Positions 39,192 to 52,589 are shown, counted from the first letter of the stretch. The stretch: 64,000 nt of DNA from Antedon mediterranea (GCF_964355755.1 NC_092676.1:1927788-1991787), one strand, 5' to 3'. Numbers and translations are program-made. Notes: generated by a model from the letters alone, not told the origin.

Positions 39192-40794
39192 CTTTAATCC
39201 TTTCTCTATTGATGCAGAGTTAAAATATGGTATGCATACTATAGGTATTGCAACACATACTTTAACAATAATATTTTTATTTCCTGTGTTTCAGATTTTT
39301 ATGCTAAAATCAAAACTAATTTCTTATTAAATTATAAGTTTGTAATATCACAACAAGGAAGAATATATTTATTTTTAGTTACAGTTTTTGATGTTGAAAT
39401 CAAAACTAATTTTGTGAAATATAAAGAATGATGGCTCTAGATAAAGAAAATAAAATACATAGTATATACTGTATTTGTATAGTATTATAAATTTGTATAA
39501 ATTACAAAGTGTTCTAATTAACACGATAAACACTATTTATTTACCTCTGATTTCAATACTCAACTATATTTATCCAGTGGAATGTTATCTGTTTTTATAA
39601 AATTGCCACACCACAAACAAGTTACGAGGAAGAAAAACTTACTTAAAGTTCAGATGATCCAGAATGTGAAACCATAATAAATAATAATTTCAAAATTATT
39701 GGTATTTAGATTATGAAACTGCGTATTGGGTGGGTTTTCCTTGAATCCAAATAATTGTGGTAATTTCTTCCCGATTATGTAATTGTAACACGATATCCCA
39801 GCGCAAAGAGCTCAATCTGAATCTATGAGAAAAGTGAAGAGACCAAAAGGATGACCCAAAACAACATGGATAAAAATTATAGAAAATGATACGAAATAGA
39901 AATAAATATTAGTCTCTATGCACACTTCAGCCAATAATCGTCAATCATCTTGTCTGTGCTTGTGGTACAGTTGTCTGTGCAATGCTTGTGTATCAGGACA
40001 CACAGAAGAAATTCATAATTGACAATCCTTGGAAACTGCTGTGGACGTGACCAAGCACCAAGTTCAATTATTTTTTAATATTTATTCGGTACAAAAAAAA
40101 TGAATCTTATATTACCACAAATGAGTTAACAGCGTAATTTTAAAAATCAATACAAAAGTTACATCAGATAGTATTAGTATTACATAAACTGTATAGTATA
40201 AAGGACAATTTAAAAAATGTTATATTCCATAATAGAAAAACAACACATTTAAAGACAATTGTGGTGTTGTGAGCCTCAAAGTACAAAAGTTCCCAAAGGA
40301 TATACTACTCCGCCATTAAACAAATACAAACAACAACTAGACTATCAGGACATTTCTTTTTTTAGTTATTCTTTAATTAGTATGCTAAATACAGTAGAAG
40401 TTAATATCAATTTCAGAATTTATCTATTTTTAGATATAAAAAGCAATTACAAATAAAATCATTCTTCATGTAATTTATGCAATTCATTGAGGGAAAAATG
40501 AAGAAATGGGATGTTTTAAAGTTATAAGTTTAAGAATAAGAAAGTGAATAACTTTAATATTACTTTGATATGGCCAATTTAAATTTAGAATATTTTGACC
40601 TTCATTTTTGTGTTTCAAGGGACAATACATCTTTAAAAATTGACTAAGCAGACAAAGCAAAAATAACACGTTTTTATTATATAAACACAATAGGCATAGA
40701 ACATTAATTTTAAACCGCCCGGTGATATACTGAAATTTAAGTAATTAATTTGAAACGATAAAAGATGAGGAAATCTGTGAGAATGAGAAAAAGT

Positions 40795-40866
40795 CGCCTC
40801 TACCAAGATTCGAACACGGACCTTCTGCTTGAAATGCAGATGTCCTAACCATTAGACCACTGGGAC
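40795..40866 (-). pseudogene. tRNA-Glu(TTC)-like sequence inside an insertion of about 260 bp
   Basis: TGGTCTAATGGTTAGGA, perfect TCTGC-ATTTCAA-GCAGA anticodon arm and GTTCGAATC, but the acceptor stem is unpaired. The insertion is absent from the paralogous flank near 37270. Confidence 0.55.
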
Positions 40867-41414
40867 TTTCATGGTATAGTTCAAACCCGATTGGATAGCG
40901 ACTCTTTAACATCCTTGGCGTGGTACGGCACTAGTCCCTTTATTGTACGCACACGCACATGTAGAAACTTTTTGCAGTTTCACTACATAGTATTTACATT
41001 ACAGTGTTACACATTTTGATTTTGATTTAAAAATTAAACTAAAAAAACTTTGGAAATACACAGAGCACTTTACAATTATGCAGAAGATTAAAATTTAGTT
41101 AAAGCTTTACTTGATTTTCTACATCGGAAGTTGATTCCATAAACCCTTACACAGTCACTGCAATAAGTGAAAAGCAAATTTAAAAAAAAGCTCAATCACA
41201 TATTCACATGTGTACATAACAATAATATCTATGAAGCCAGTATGCCAGCTTAATGTTTGTATTTTTACATTACTGAGGTTAATTCTGCCTGTTCAACAAA
41301 ATGAACAGGGAGATTGTGAGCAGTTAAAAGAATGTCAAACCCATGTTTAGAATGTTTGCATCTGATTCCAGAACAAAATAATCTGGTGTTTCAGTAGTAT
41401 TGATGTTATTGTTC

Positions 41415-42380
41415 TTCTCTGTTCTCATTTCTTGCATTTTGTAACCTCTTGTTTTCAAACACAGTTTCAGAGTTTGCATAGCAAGTTTTTCTGCTGTCTC
41501 TCTGTTCTCATTTCTTGCATTTTGTAACCTCTTGTTTTCAAACACAGTTTCAGAGTTGGCATAGCAAGTTTTTTCTGCTGTCTCTCTGTTCTCATTCCTT
41601 GCATTTTGTAACCTCTTGTTTTCAAACACAGTTTCAGAGTTGGCATAGCAAGTTTTTTCTGCTGTCTCTCTCTTCTCATTTCTTGCATTTTGTAACCTCT
41701 TGTTTTCAAACACAGTTTCAGAGTTGGCATAGCAAGTTTTTTCTGCTGTCTCTCTGTTCTCATTCCTTGCATTTTGTAACCTCTTGTTTTCAAACACAGT
41801 TTCAGAGTTGGCATAGCAAGTTTTTTCTGCTGTCTCTCTCTTCTCATTTCTTGCATTTTGTAACCTCTTGTTTTCAAACACAGTTTCAGAGTTGGCATAG
41901 CAAGTTTTTTCTGCTGTCTCTCTCTTCTCATTCCTTGCATTTTGTAACCTCTTGTTTTCAAACACAGTTTCAGAGTTGGCATAGCAAGTTTTTTCTGCTG
42001 TCTCTCTGTTCTCATCCCTTGCATTTTTAACCTCTTGTTTTCAAACACAGTTTCAGAGTTGGCATAGCAAGTTTTTCTGCTGTCTCTCTGTTCTCATTCC
42101 TTGCATTTTGTAACCTCTTGTTTTCAAACACAGTTTCAGAGTTGGCATAGCAAGTTTTTTCTGCTGTCTCTCTCTTCTCATTCCTTGCATTTTGTAACCT
42201 CTTGTTTTCAAACACAGTTTCAGAGTTGGCATAGCAAGTTTTTTCTGCTGTCTCTCTCTTCTCATTCCTTGCATTTTGTAACCTCTTGTTTTCAAACACA
42301 GTTTCAGAGTTGGCATAGTTCTCATTCCTTGCATTTTGTAACCTCTTGTTTTCAATCACAGTGTCAGAGTTAACATAGTC
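41415..42380 (-). repeat. 84-bp tandem repeat, about 12 units (paralogue B tail)
   Basis: Unit variant TAEKTCYANSETVFENKRLQNARNEKRE; period checked at 41544/41628. Confidence 0.95.
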
Positions 42381-43672
42381 CAGTGGCGGATCTAGCGGGG
42401 GCGTATTTTTAAGGGTTTTTTTTTTTTTGAAAAAAATTAAATAGATTTTAAAAACACGTATCGTTTCGACGGTCATCTATCACCGATGGTTTGCACATTT
42501 TTATAGTGAAAATAGTACGTCGGAGCACATCGTCAGCTTGATCGCATTCCACCAAGCATGTATGTCGACATCCTTTGTGTACTATCAATCTCTAGCGTTA
42601 CCAACGATCATTAACAGTTATGTGTAAAAGGAGCAAGTTGATAAAAGCCACGTGGTGAGCTTGGTCGCGTTCCACTAAGCAGGTCGGCATCCTTTGTGAT
42701 CGTCACTCCCGTATTGTAGAGTAGTGGTACCTCCGACGATCAATCACAGTCAATGAATAGAGTTGATGAAGCCACATGGTCAGTGCTACTATACTACGCG
42801 CCCATTTATTAAGTACAATAAAAACAAAGGCTAGGACTGATAGTGCCTATGAAAATTATCCCGTTAGGCCTATATTTTATTAAAACGTATATTACTATTA
42901 AAATATTAACAATGCTGTAGCATTTCATGACCCTTGTTGTTTTATTTGCTTTTCCGTCGATGATTCTCATAAACAAATCGCGATGACAAAAGATGTGTTT
43001 TGTTTTTTTCAAATCACTAAATATAATGTAATCATGATCGAGCCGGACCGCTAATTTTAAAACGATCGTTTAAACCAGGCCGTTGAATATGCCGTGATTT
43101 TAATTGTAAAAAACATGATCGTCAGTCGATGGCTCGGAGTTTCGATAAATCTCGCGTCGCATGTGTTACGTGGTGGTGGAAAACATTCTCAGCAAGTTTG
43201 CTTCATTAATATGCATGAGACTCTGTGACGACCCGCTTCAACGTGACGTCATTTTACTAGCTGCATGCGAAGAAGTAGTCACCGCGATCGACCCGGCGCG
43301 CGTGTAAGAAAATAATACCGGCCTCTAGGCTAGGACAAGTTTATGCTTATATAAAAGCTGAAAAACATCGTCGCGTTGTAAAAATTTAGATGTAAAGTAC
43401 AGGCAAGTTGTTAGCTTGCTTTGGTACCCTAGGTAAGTATCAGCTTAGTTCCACATGTCGTAATTTGCGAGCTTTAGAGTGTTTGGTAATGACAAATATG
43501 AGATGTTTGTAAATCGTTTTAAACGACTTACAATGCGCTAGAACGCCAAAATTTCCAGGGGCCCTCGACCCCGACCGGGGGCCCTTGGCGGCCCCTGGCC
43601 CCCACCCAATGTTTGCTCGCTTCGCTCGCAAACCTACGCCACCCCTATTTTAATATCCTGGATCCGCCCCTG
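42381..43672. mobile_element. 1292-bp non-autonomous hAT-like element with 5-bp TSD, inserted in paralogue B
   Basis: TIR CAGTGGCGGATCTAG...CTGGATCCGCCCCTG; TSD TAGTC at 42376-42380 and 43673-43677; related decayed ends near 2640-2652 and 6910-6926. Confidence 0.87.
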
Positions 43673-45881
43673 TAGTCAATCTGTTCTGGTGTCTCTCTGT
43701 TCTCATTTCTTGCATTTTGTAACCTCTTGTTTTCAATCACAGTGTCTGAGTAGGCATAGTCAGTCTGTTCTGTTATATTATTATCAATTGTGTAGTAAAC
43801 CTCTTCTGAAATTGTTTGTGGAACATCAGAAGTGTTGCACACGCTATTTTCGATGTTTCTTTGATAGTGCACAGGTACAGGTACAGGTGTGTTGTGATGT
43901 TTCCTCTTTTGTCGTTCATAACAACACACAACAAACACAAGTAAAACTATTAAGTATTAGTATGATGTTACTTGTTACCAGTGTTACAGTTATTTTATTG
44001 GGCTTCTGAGTTATATTTGTTACTGTTGGCATGTCATCAGTGGATGTTATGTCTGTTGGCATGTCATCTCTGATTATTAATTCTATCTCATCAGATCTGC
44101 TCTGAACATCAGTACTCACCAGACATTTAACAGTGTAGTTACCAGCTGGTAAATTACCAAAGCATTTTTCATTCATCATATTGTAATTATATTGAGACAT
44201 GCTCCCCTCTCCCCTCAAACTCCAATGATAAATTCTCTTGTTACCAGATCCACCTTCTGCATAGCACTTGAAGCAATTCTGGTTCACATCAACTTCAGGT
44301 GTTTCATACAACCTCTTAACTTCTACCTTTAATTGAGGGTGAACTAGCAATATCAATGTGTAGCACCAAGTTTTTACAGGATTTATACCAAATGAAAGGC
44401 AGTAGAAAAATATTCCTTCTCCAGAGTGAAAACCTTTCAAAGTCAGATTTATTGTAATGTCAGTATCTGCACTATGAAACTGTGTAATGTTGTGTTTTGC
44501 TTGGATCCAACCAATTGTGATGTCATATAGAAAATTGTATTTCCTGATCATATCACATGATATGTTTACTTCTTCACCTTCAATGACATTTTTTATATCG
44601 TCACAATAAGCTTTTACAAGGTCTGGTTGATTCATGCTCCGTGTAACAGCCAATGAAGGAACCAAATATTGTAATCTATTAGTATTATCATCTTGACATG
44701 TGTATATTCCTGTTTGTTTTTGACCAAACAAAATTAAAATTTGGCATTTGATTTTGTTGCCAAACAAATTAACCAGGTAATTTGATGGTATAATTGTCAC
44801 CGGTACCTTATAGTATGTTGAATATTCAAACTTCAAATTTTACCAAACGTGTTGTAGCTCCTCCATGTCTGAATGTTAACAAGCAGGTCACCACCAATAA
44901 AATAATGATTTTCAAAGTCATCTTGCAGTTGTTAAAATGCAACCTCCAAAGTCTGTGGCTAGACTGAAGTATTGTTTGTATTTCGTGTGGTATGTATAGG
45001 TATTAAAATCCGGAAGAATATTTTTTTTTCCTGTTTTTCAGTATTTTTCTGCTGAAATTAAAACTAATTTATTATTATTATTTTTTTACAGGAAATATAA
45101 GTTTGTAATATCACAACAAGGAAGAATATATATATATTTAGTTACAGTTTTTGATTTTAAATTCAAAACTAATTTTGTGAAAATATAAAGAATGATGGCT
45201 CTAAAAAATAAAATACACTGGTAATAGTATACTGTATTTGTATAGTATTATAACCTGCAAATAGTTCATTAACATGATAAACACTATTTCAATACTCAAC
45301 TATATTTATTTATCCAGTGGATTGTTATCTGGCCACAACACAACAAAGGTTAGAGGAAGAAAAAACTGACTTAAAGAAAACCATAATAAATAATAATTTC
45401 AAATTATTGGTATTATTTAGATGATGAAACTGCGTATTGAGCTGGTTTTCCTTGAATCAAAATAATTGTGGTAATTTCTTCCTGATTATGTAATTGTAAC
45501 ATGATATTCCAGCGCAAAGAGCTCTATCTGAATTTGAGTAAAGTCAAAAGACCTAGAGGATAACCCAAAACCACATGGATAAAAATTATAGAAAATGATA
45601 GGAAAAAGAAATAAATAAGTCTATGCACACTTTGGCCAATAATCGCTCTGATTGGAGAAATCGGTATTGTCGCGAGACGTTCAGCGTTTGAGATGATGAT
45701 GAACATAAATACTACTTCTCCTTCAATGATTACCATTATTTTAAATCGTAGGCTTCTTATTGACACTCATGTTGTCAATTTTGCTAGCCTGGCATCATAA
45801 ACCGGTTCATTTATGTTGACCTGTTCTTTAGAATGCTCACTTCCAGATGAGTACGTGTTTCCTTTATAGTATAAATATGTA

Positions 45882-47411
45882 TTACAGTGCTGTCTCTCTG
45901 TTCTCATTTCTTGCATTTTGTAACCTCTTGTTGTCAGAGCTAACATAATATCCATTTTCAGCTTCTTCTGCTATATTATCATCAATTATAGTATAGTAAA
46001 CTTCTTCCTCTGTAATGGTTTGTGGTTTGTAAAAAATGTCATGCACACCACTTGTGTCAATGGTTCTTTGATAGCAGTGCACTACAGGTTCAGGTGTCTT
46101 TGTCTGCTGTTTCCTCTTCTGTCGTTCATAACAACACACAACAAACACAAGTAAAACTATAACTATCAGTATGATGTTACTTGTTACCAGTATTATGGTT
46201 ATTTTATTGGGCTTCTGAGTTATCTTTGTAGCTGTTTGGATGTCATCATTGGATGTTATATCTTGGTGGTGGTTGACTTTGTCTGTTGTCATGTCACCAT
46301 TGGATGTTATGTCTTGGTGGTGGTTGCCTTTGTCAGTTGGCATGTCATCATTGGGTGTTATGTCTTGGTGGTGTTTGCCTTGGAGTGTTGTCATTCTGTC
46401 TGTTGGCATGTCATCATTGGATGTCATGTCTTGGTGGTGTTTGCCTTGGAGTGTTGTCATTCTGTCTGTTGGCATGTCATCATTGGATGTCATGTCTTTG
46501 TGGCGTTTCCCCTGGAGTGTTGTCATTCTGTCTCTTGTCATGGCATCGTCAATTGTGAATTCTATTTCATCAGATCTGTTCTGAACAACATCAGTACTCA
46601 CCAGACACTTAACAGTGTAGTTACTAGCTGGTAGATTACCAAAGCATCTTTCATCAGTTTCATTGTAATATAGATTCTTGAATTCCTCTCCTTTCAAACT
46701 CCAATTATAAATTCTTTTGTCACCAGATCCACCTTCTGCATAGCACTTGAAGCAATTCTGGTTCACATCAATATCAGGTGTTTCATATAACCTTTTGACA
46801 TCTACTAATAATTGAGGGTGAACTAGCAATATCAATGTGTAGCACCTTATGCTCCTATTGGCTGAGTAATAATATGAAATACAGTGGATAAATATTCCCT
46901 CTCCAGAATAAAAACCTTTAAAAGTCAGATTTATTTCAATATCAGTATCTGCACTATGAAACTGTGTAATGTTGTGTTTTCCTTGGATCCAACCAATTGT
47001 TACTTCATATTGGTTGATGTTATATTTCCTGATATCACATGAAATGTTTACTTCTTCTCCTTCAATGATGTCTTTTATATCTTCACAATCAGCTCTTACA
47101 AAGTCTGGTTGAGCTCTTCTCCATTGTACATTATCCGATGAAGGAAGCAAATATTGTAAATTATCATCATCGTAACATGTGTATATTCCTTTTTGTGGTT
47201 GACCAAAGGAAATAAAAAGTGGGCATTTAATTGTGACGTCTCTTCCGTACAAATTATCCAAGTCCTGTAAACTTGATGGTGTAATTATCACAGGTAGCTC
47301 AGTGTATGATAGATAATAAAACTCTCTTTGAAATTGTACAAGATGTTTTGAAGCTCCATGTCTGAATATCAATAAACAAGTCACCAAAAGATTAAGCAAT
47401 TTTAAACTCAT
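45882..47411 (-). CDS. Receptor paralogue C (509 aa) with repeat-expanded extracellular stalk and one tail repeat
   Basis: Intact ORF with the same domain order. Stalk repeats MPTDRMTTLQGKHHQDMTSNDD; tail EEEVYYTI and NGYYVSS. Confidence 0.88.
   Translation of the reverse strand: MSLKLLNLLVTCLLIFRHGASKHLVQFQREFYYLSYTELPVIITPSSLQDLDNLYGRDVTIKCPLFISFGQPQKGIYTCYDDDNLQYLLPSSDNVQWRRAQPDFVRADCEDIKDIIEGEEVNISCDIRKYNINQYEVTIGWIQGKHNITQFHSADTDIEINLTFKGFYSGEGIFIHCISYYYSANRSIRCYTLILLVHPQLLVDVKRLYETPDIDVNQNCFKCYAEGGSGDKRIYNWSLKGEEFKNLYYNETDERCFGNLPASNYTVKCLVSTDVVQNRSDEIEFTIDDAMTRDRMTTLQGKRHKDMTSNDDMPTDRMTTLQGKHHQDMTSNDDMPTDRMTTLQGKHHQDITPNDDMPTDKGNHHQDITSNGDMTTDKVNHHQDITSNDDIQTATKITQKPNKITIILVTSNIILIVIVLLVFVVCCYERQKRKQQTKTPEPVVHCYQRTIDTSGVHDIFYKPQTITEEEVYYTIIDDNIAEEAENGYYVSSDNKRLQNARNENRETAL
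46235..46545 (-). repeat. Coding repeat in the stalk of paralogue C (66-bp x3 plus 48-bp x2)
   Basis: MPTDRMTTLQGKHHQDMTSNDD and shorter MTTDKVNHHQDITSNDD-type units. Confidence 0.85.
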
Positions 47412-48964
47412 CTTGAAAAACCTTTGTAATGATGCAGTTTGTGAAAATCCAACCTTTAAACCGTGATGCTATCAGAGTCTAAGTCTGGTTTGCAATGTCT
47501 TTTTACAGTATGGCAACATAGAAGAATATATTTACTTTATTTGAGTTTGTTTTTTTGCTACAATAACAAAACTAATTTTATGGCGAAACTTATAAAGATT
47601 TAACTTTAATATACGTAGTGGTTGACAAGTTATCTCATAATTGCTTCTGTTATATTATCAAGGAGTTGTGTTTTTGCTACAATAACAAAACTAATTTCAG
47701 TGAAATATTGATACTGATTGACAATAATATTTATTTAGCAAAATTGTTTATTTGTCTTCTGTACTGTAGCTAGTTTTAATCTCTTTCAACTAAATGCTCT
47801 TGTTTTAGCTTTCTAATCTCATCTCATTTTTTTTCAGTTTATTAAATTTTTTAAATAACAGTGGACTTAAATTTAAAAAGTTACCAGAAAACAATATGAA
47901 CTGAAGATTTAACCCAAGAAAGTTTTAAAAGAAAATATTATTTCTATTGAGATCCTCACAGTCTATCCAATTTTACTATCTGCAATCTCAATGTTGTGGA
48001 AGATCAAAGCATACAGATAGAAACGTTGAGGAACTCTTTTCGACTACATACGTCGTGTACCGCAAACTTTCAACGTATTGGTTTTCACCGTACAAACAGT
48101 ACAGTAGGGGCCTATGTTTATGTTATATTATTAGATGTACTGGATTAGAAACATTGTTGGTTTCGGTTTTGAAAATGTTAAACTTTACATTATCTTGACC
48201 TGTATGTAGATTAATAATAATATCATCTATCAAAAGCCCTATACTAATATAGTAAACAATGCAATCTATGTCTTTGAAGAGAAATATTATATTGTATATA
48301 AGCCTGACATTTGTTTATTAAACTATTCATGCAGACAAAAGAAGAAGGTTTCTATTAAAATATTATAGACGGACAATTAAGACATAATAAGTTATCTAAT
48401 GGAACAATAAGTGAATGTACAGTATACATAAGTTATTTACATAAATAGTCTCTTATTGTAAATTACACATAATAATATAATAATAATAAATACTTCATTT
48501 TAACACGGAAAAGCTTGTGTCACCATAAAGGTGTTCTTCTTCAAGGCCGTGATCAACTAACATTAATACAATACACATTTAAAAATAACAAATGAGAGAA
48601 CAAAATATATACAGTAAACAGAAACATTAATTACATTTATGCTAGGAGTACAAAATAAATTACACCAATAATTTTTTTTAAGTATTTAAATTTGTGGCAT
48701 TTTTCTTTACGGGAGCCCGGCACCTGATGATTGAAGAGTGATTTTTATCACCTTCATGTAATAAGTCTGCAGTTTGCAATAACATGTTGACATTTTAACC
48801 GAGTCATTTATTTATCTATATTGTATACAGTGTATTATAACCTTGGCTTTCTTCTAAATAAATTTAATTAAATATCATTTTCCATTGATATTTAATGTTA
48901 TTGATACATATTTTCAAATTATTAGGAATTCAGTGGGCCTACAAATTAATACAGTTTTTCAATA

Positions 48965-50245
48965 TTATTTATGACATCCTCTATCATCATTTCTTGCATT
49001 TTGTAATCTCTTCTTTTCAATCACAGTGTCAGAGCAAACATACAACTGTTCAGCTCGTTCTGCTGTCTGTCTGTTCTCATTTCTTGCATTTTGTAACTTC
49101 TTGTTTTCAATCACAGTGTCCGAGTTAACATACAACTGTTCAGCTTGTTCTGCTGTTCTGTCATCAACTGAACAGGGAACCTCATCTTCTGCATTTATTT
49201 GCAGAACATCAGATGTGTTTCTCGCACTAATTGTGTCAGCGCTTCTTTGAAAGTGCACAACTGGTGCTGGTGTGTTGGGATGTTTTCTCTTTTGTTGTTC
49301 ATAAAAACACACAACACACACAAGTACAGCTATCCATATGATGTTACTTGTTACCATTAGTATTGTTATTTTAGGCTTCTTGGTATTAGTATCTTGAATT
49401 GTGAATGCTCTCTCATTAGATCTGTTCTGAACATCAGTACTCACCAGACACTTCACAGTGTAGTCACCAGCTGGTAAATTACTAAAGCATCTTTCATCTG
49501 TCTCTAGCTGGTCATCATTCTCTGTCAATTCTTCCTTATTCAAACTCCAATTATACATTTTCTTGTCATCAGATCCACCTTCTGCATAGCACTTAAAGCA
49601 ATGCTGGTTCACATCAATTTGAGGTGTTTCAGAGTATAACCTTTTAACATCCACCTTTAATTGAAGGTGAACTGTCAATATCAATGTGTAGCAGTAAATA
49701 TTTCTATTGTTTAAAATACAGTAGAAAAATATCCCTTCTCCAGAATGAAAACCTTTTAAAGTCTGATTAATTGTAACAGTGTTAGTATCTGTAAGATGAA
49801 ACTGTGTAATGTTGTGCTTTCCTTGGATCCAACCAATTGTCACTTCATAATGGATGTTACGATTTCTGTTCATGTTACATGAAATATTTAATTCCTCTCC
49901 TTTAATGATGTCTTTCATGTTGTCACAGTAAAGTTTTACACGTTTTGGTTGAAGTGCAAACCATGTTACCTGTACATTGGACGTCGGAACCAAATACTGT
50001 AATCTATCCTTTTGACATGTGTATATTCCTGTTTGGTGACCAAAAGAAATAAAAAGTGGACATTTAACTGCAACATTTTTTCCAACTATTTTCCATTTAC
50101 TTGATGTCATTTTCACAGTTATTTTGGAGTTTGATGAGTAATTAAAACTTCTTTCAAATTTTACCAACTCTTTTGAAGCTCCATGTCTGAATATCAACAA
50201 CCAGGTCATAAGTACAATGATGATATTAAGGAATTTCAAAGCCAT
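48965..50245 (-). CDS. Receptor paralogue D (about 426 aa), two tail repeats
   Basis: ATG at 50245 (MALKF..) aligns with the other paralogues. Intact ORF, short stalk, tail LYVNSD and LYVCSD; the EVYY motif is lost (EDEVPCSV). Confidence 0.87.
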   Translation of the reverse strand: MALKFLNIIIVLMTWLLIFRHGASKELVKFERSFNYSSNSKITVKMTSSKWKIVGKNVAVKCPLFISFGHQTGIYTCQKDRLQYLVPTSNVQVTWFALQPKRVKLYCDNMKDIIKGEELNISCNMNRNRNIHYEVTIGWIQGKHNITQFHLTDTNTVTINQTLKGFHSGEGIFFYCILNNRNIYCYTLILTVHLQLKVDVKRLYSETPQIDVNQHCFKCYAEGGSDDKKMYNWSLNKEELTENDDQLETDERCFSNLPAGDYTVKCLVSTDVQNRSNERAFTIQDTNTKKPKITILMVTSNIIWIAVLVCVVCFYEQQKRKHPNTPAPVVHFQRSADTISARNTSDVLQINAEDEVPCSVDDRTAEQAEQLYVNSDTVIENKKLQNARNENRQTAERAEQLYVCSDTVIEKKRLQNARNDDRGCHK

Positions 50246-50995
50246 CTTTAAAACCACTCTGTCTTACTACACTTTATAAATAACCAACTCCAAGTCCAAA
50301 TGTGGTAAGAGACTGAATGTGTTTGTAATAGTTTACTATACCAACAAGGAAGAATATACTTCAAGGGTTTGTTAAAGGTTTTTAACAGGAAGTCTTTAAA
50401 GGAAAGTTTATGCCAAGAAGATAGAATATGATTTTTGCTGCTAATATTCAAACTATAAATTTTGTGCAATGAAAAATTAACAAAAACAACTTGCTGATAG
50501 TACTGTACCTATAAAATTTGTGCATTTTGTGAAATGAAAAATTTACAGCTTTACAACAGCTTTACCTAATAATACTAGATGTGTCATCCCACAAACACAA
50601 AATAATCCGTCTTTTAGCAACCACCTACTTTAATTTGATTATCAATATGCCTACTGAGTGTTTGTGTTTTAATAATAGTACATTCGGTAATTTAAGGAAG
50701 TACGTTATTGGATATTATAAGCTCTCCCATTACAATATTTAAAACTAAATTATTTAGATTGAATGCTATACGGATATTTTAATGGGTTTTTTTTTCATTA
50801 TGTGAACTTGTTGGTTTCCTTCTTGTTATATGATCTTGATTTAATCATGTTGTTTGTAGATTTTACCAATTTAGAAAAAAAGCATTACAAGTTTTCTGAT
50901 ATTCTGGTGCTAAATTATATTTATTTTTACTTTTGAAGCAAACAGTAACATTGCTGTTTTTTACATCACAGCATTTTGTTGAATCACATTGTCAA

Positions 50996-51672
50996 CTAGA
51001 AAGCCACTCCGAGAGTGCATACCTCCGCCTACTGTAAAATTCTCGTACATAAGATTTCTCCGGTTAAAAAAAATATATATATATTTGTGTGTGTCTTAAT
51101 GCTGTTTGTGATTTAGGCTAATTTCACTACAAGCATGTGTATGCGAGTTTGGTGTAGTGGTTATGTAACAAGCCTTTCAATTAACAATAGCTTCAGTTGA
51201 CTAACAATAGAACAGCAACGCGAAAATCAAACGAGTGAATTTGAAAAGAAAATAGGTTTTTTAAACTACTGGCATCAATAAACGTGCACATTAAATCAAA
51301 TTATGTTTTAAAATTACAAATCACAAATTATAACTCTTGCCTCTTGTACAAAAATGAAGTTTTTTGGACAAGTAGTTCTCGAGAAAATGCAATTTCAGTA
51401 TACTACTTGTTACTTTAAGACTGCTCGCCGGCTTTCGAAAAATTCTGTCCTACCTTTTAACACTAGCAGGTCTGAAAAGTATACTAAAAAGTGGTCCAGA
51501 ATTTGGACAATGGTCCCAAAATTTAATCGAATGGTCCTTGACCACATATCTATCTGTATATTCATTTTGGTAAAGATCTTGTAATTACTTTTTGAGTAAT
51601 CCTGCTAACAAATAAACAAACAAACAAACAAACACACGCTACCGATTACATATACCTCCTTGGTGGAGGTAA
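50996..51672. mobile_element. Helentron/HINE (DINE-1-like) non-autonomous element
   Basis: Repeated ATACCTCC near both ends, (CAAA)n microsatellite, terminal hairpin ACCTCCTTGGTGGAGGT; absent from the paralogous site near 55655; inserted at AA/TT without a clear TSD. Confidence 0.72.
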
Positions 51673-52589
51673 ATTACTCAAATTTATTATTGTCAAGTGT
51701 ACATAATACATCAAAACCATTTTATAAGCAAACAAAAAATTTAATAATTGAATCACCTTTATTAGACAAATCTGTGTGATGAAGTTTTTTACAGGAAGTC
51801 TTTAAAGGAAAGTTTATGCCAAGAAGATACAGTAGAATATGATTTTTGCTGTTAATATTCAAACTGTAAAATTTGTGCATTTTGTGAAATGAAAAGTTAA
51901 ACAAAAACAGCTTACTGGTATTTACTGTACCTACAGTTAATACTAGAAATGTGTAATCCCACCACCACAAACACAAAATAACCCTGTCGTTTAGCAACCA
52001 CCTACTTTAATTTGATTGTCAAGATGGTTCATAAATGTTTGTGTTATATTATTTATAGTACATTAAGTAATTTAAGGAAGTACATTATAGAGATATAGGT
52101 TTTGCATTATAATATTAAAAACTAAATTGTTCAGATTGAATCCTGTACGGAAGTTTGAAAAATTTTTTTGTTTGCATTATGTGAACTTGTTGGTTTCCTT
52201 CTTGTTATATGATCTTGATTTAATCATGTTGTTTGTAGATTTAAACAATTGAAAAAAACAAAATACAAGTTTTCGATATTCTGTTGCTAAATTATATTTA
52301 TTTGTACAAGACAATTTGCAGGCTTTATACATTTGAAGCATAAAGTAACATTTGTGTTTTTTTACATCACAGCATGGACATATAACATCTATGTTAATTT
52401 GTCGTTCATTGCATAGTAAACCTCATCTTCCGCATTTGTCTGTAGAACATCAGATGAATTCTCACCCACACTTGCACCACTGTTTCTTTGATAGTACACA
52501 GCAGGTTCCACTCTGAATGAGAACGTGTTTTATTCTATTGTATCTATTTTTCCTGTGGAATGTTACCTATAATTTGGTAAAACATTGCC

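Larger units (their letters stand above)
41324..44921 (-). pseudogene. Receptor paralogue B, disrupted; about 13 Tyr repeats
   Basis: ATG 44921; frameshift near 44830; long frame 44836-43916; frameshift in TM near 43950; 1.3-kb transposon in the repeat array; more 1-bp indels among the CYANS repeats; ends ..PDYFVLESD.. like paralogue A. Confidence 0.85.

Noticed and set aside
40795-40866. Functional tRNA-Glu gene
   Set aside because: Acceptor stem does not pair and the sequence sits in a copy-specific insertion.
41467-42373. Overlapping ORFs in alternative frames and on + (e.g. 41515-42030, 41467-42048)
   Set aside because: By-products of an 84-bp repeat lacking stops in several frames.
46236-46634. 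Three + strand ORFs
   Set aside because: Antisense shadows of the stalk repeat in paralogue C.
48722-48760. CTGATGA as another hammerhead core
   Set aside because: No stem II plus GAAA follows; the same applies to the hits near 8042 and 13990.
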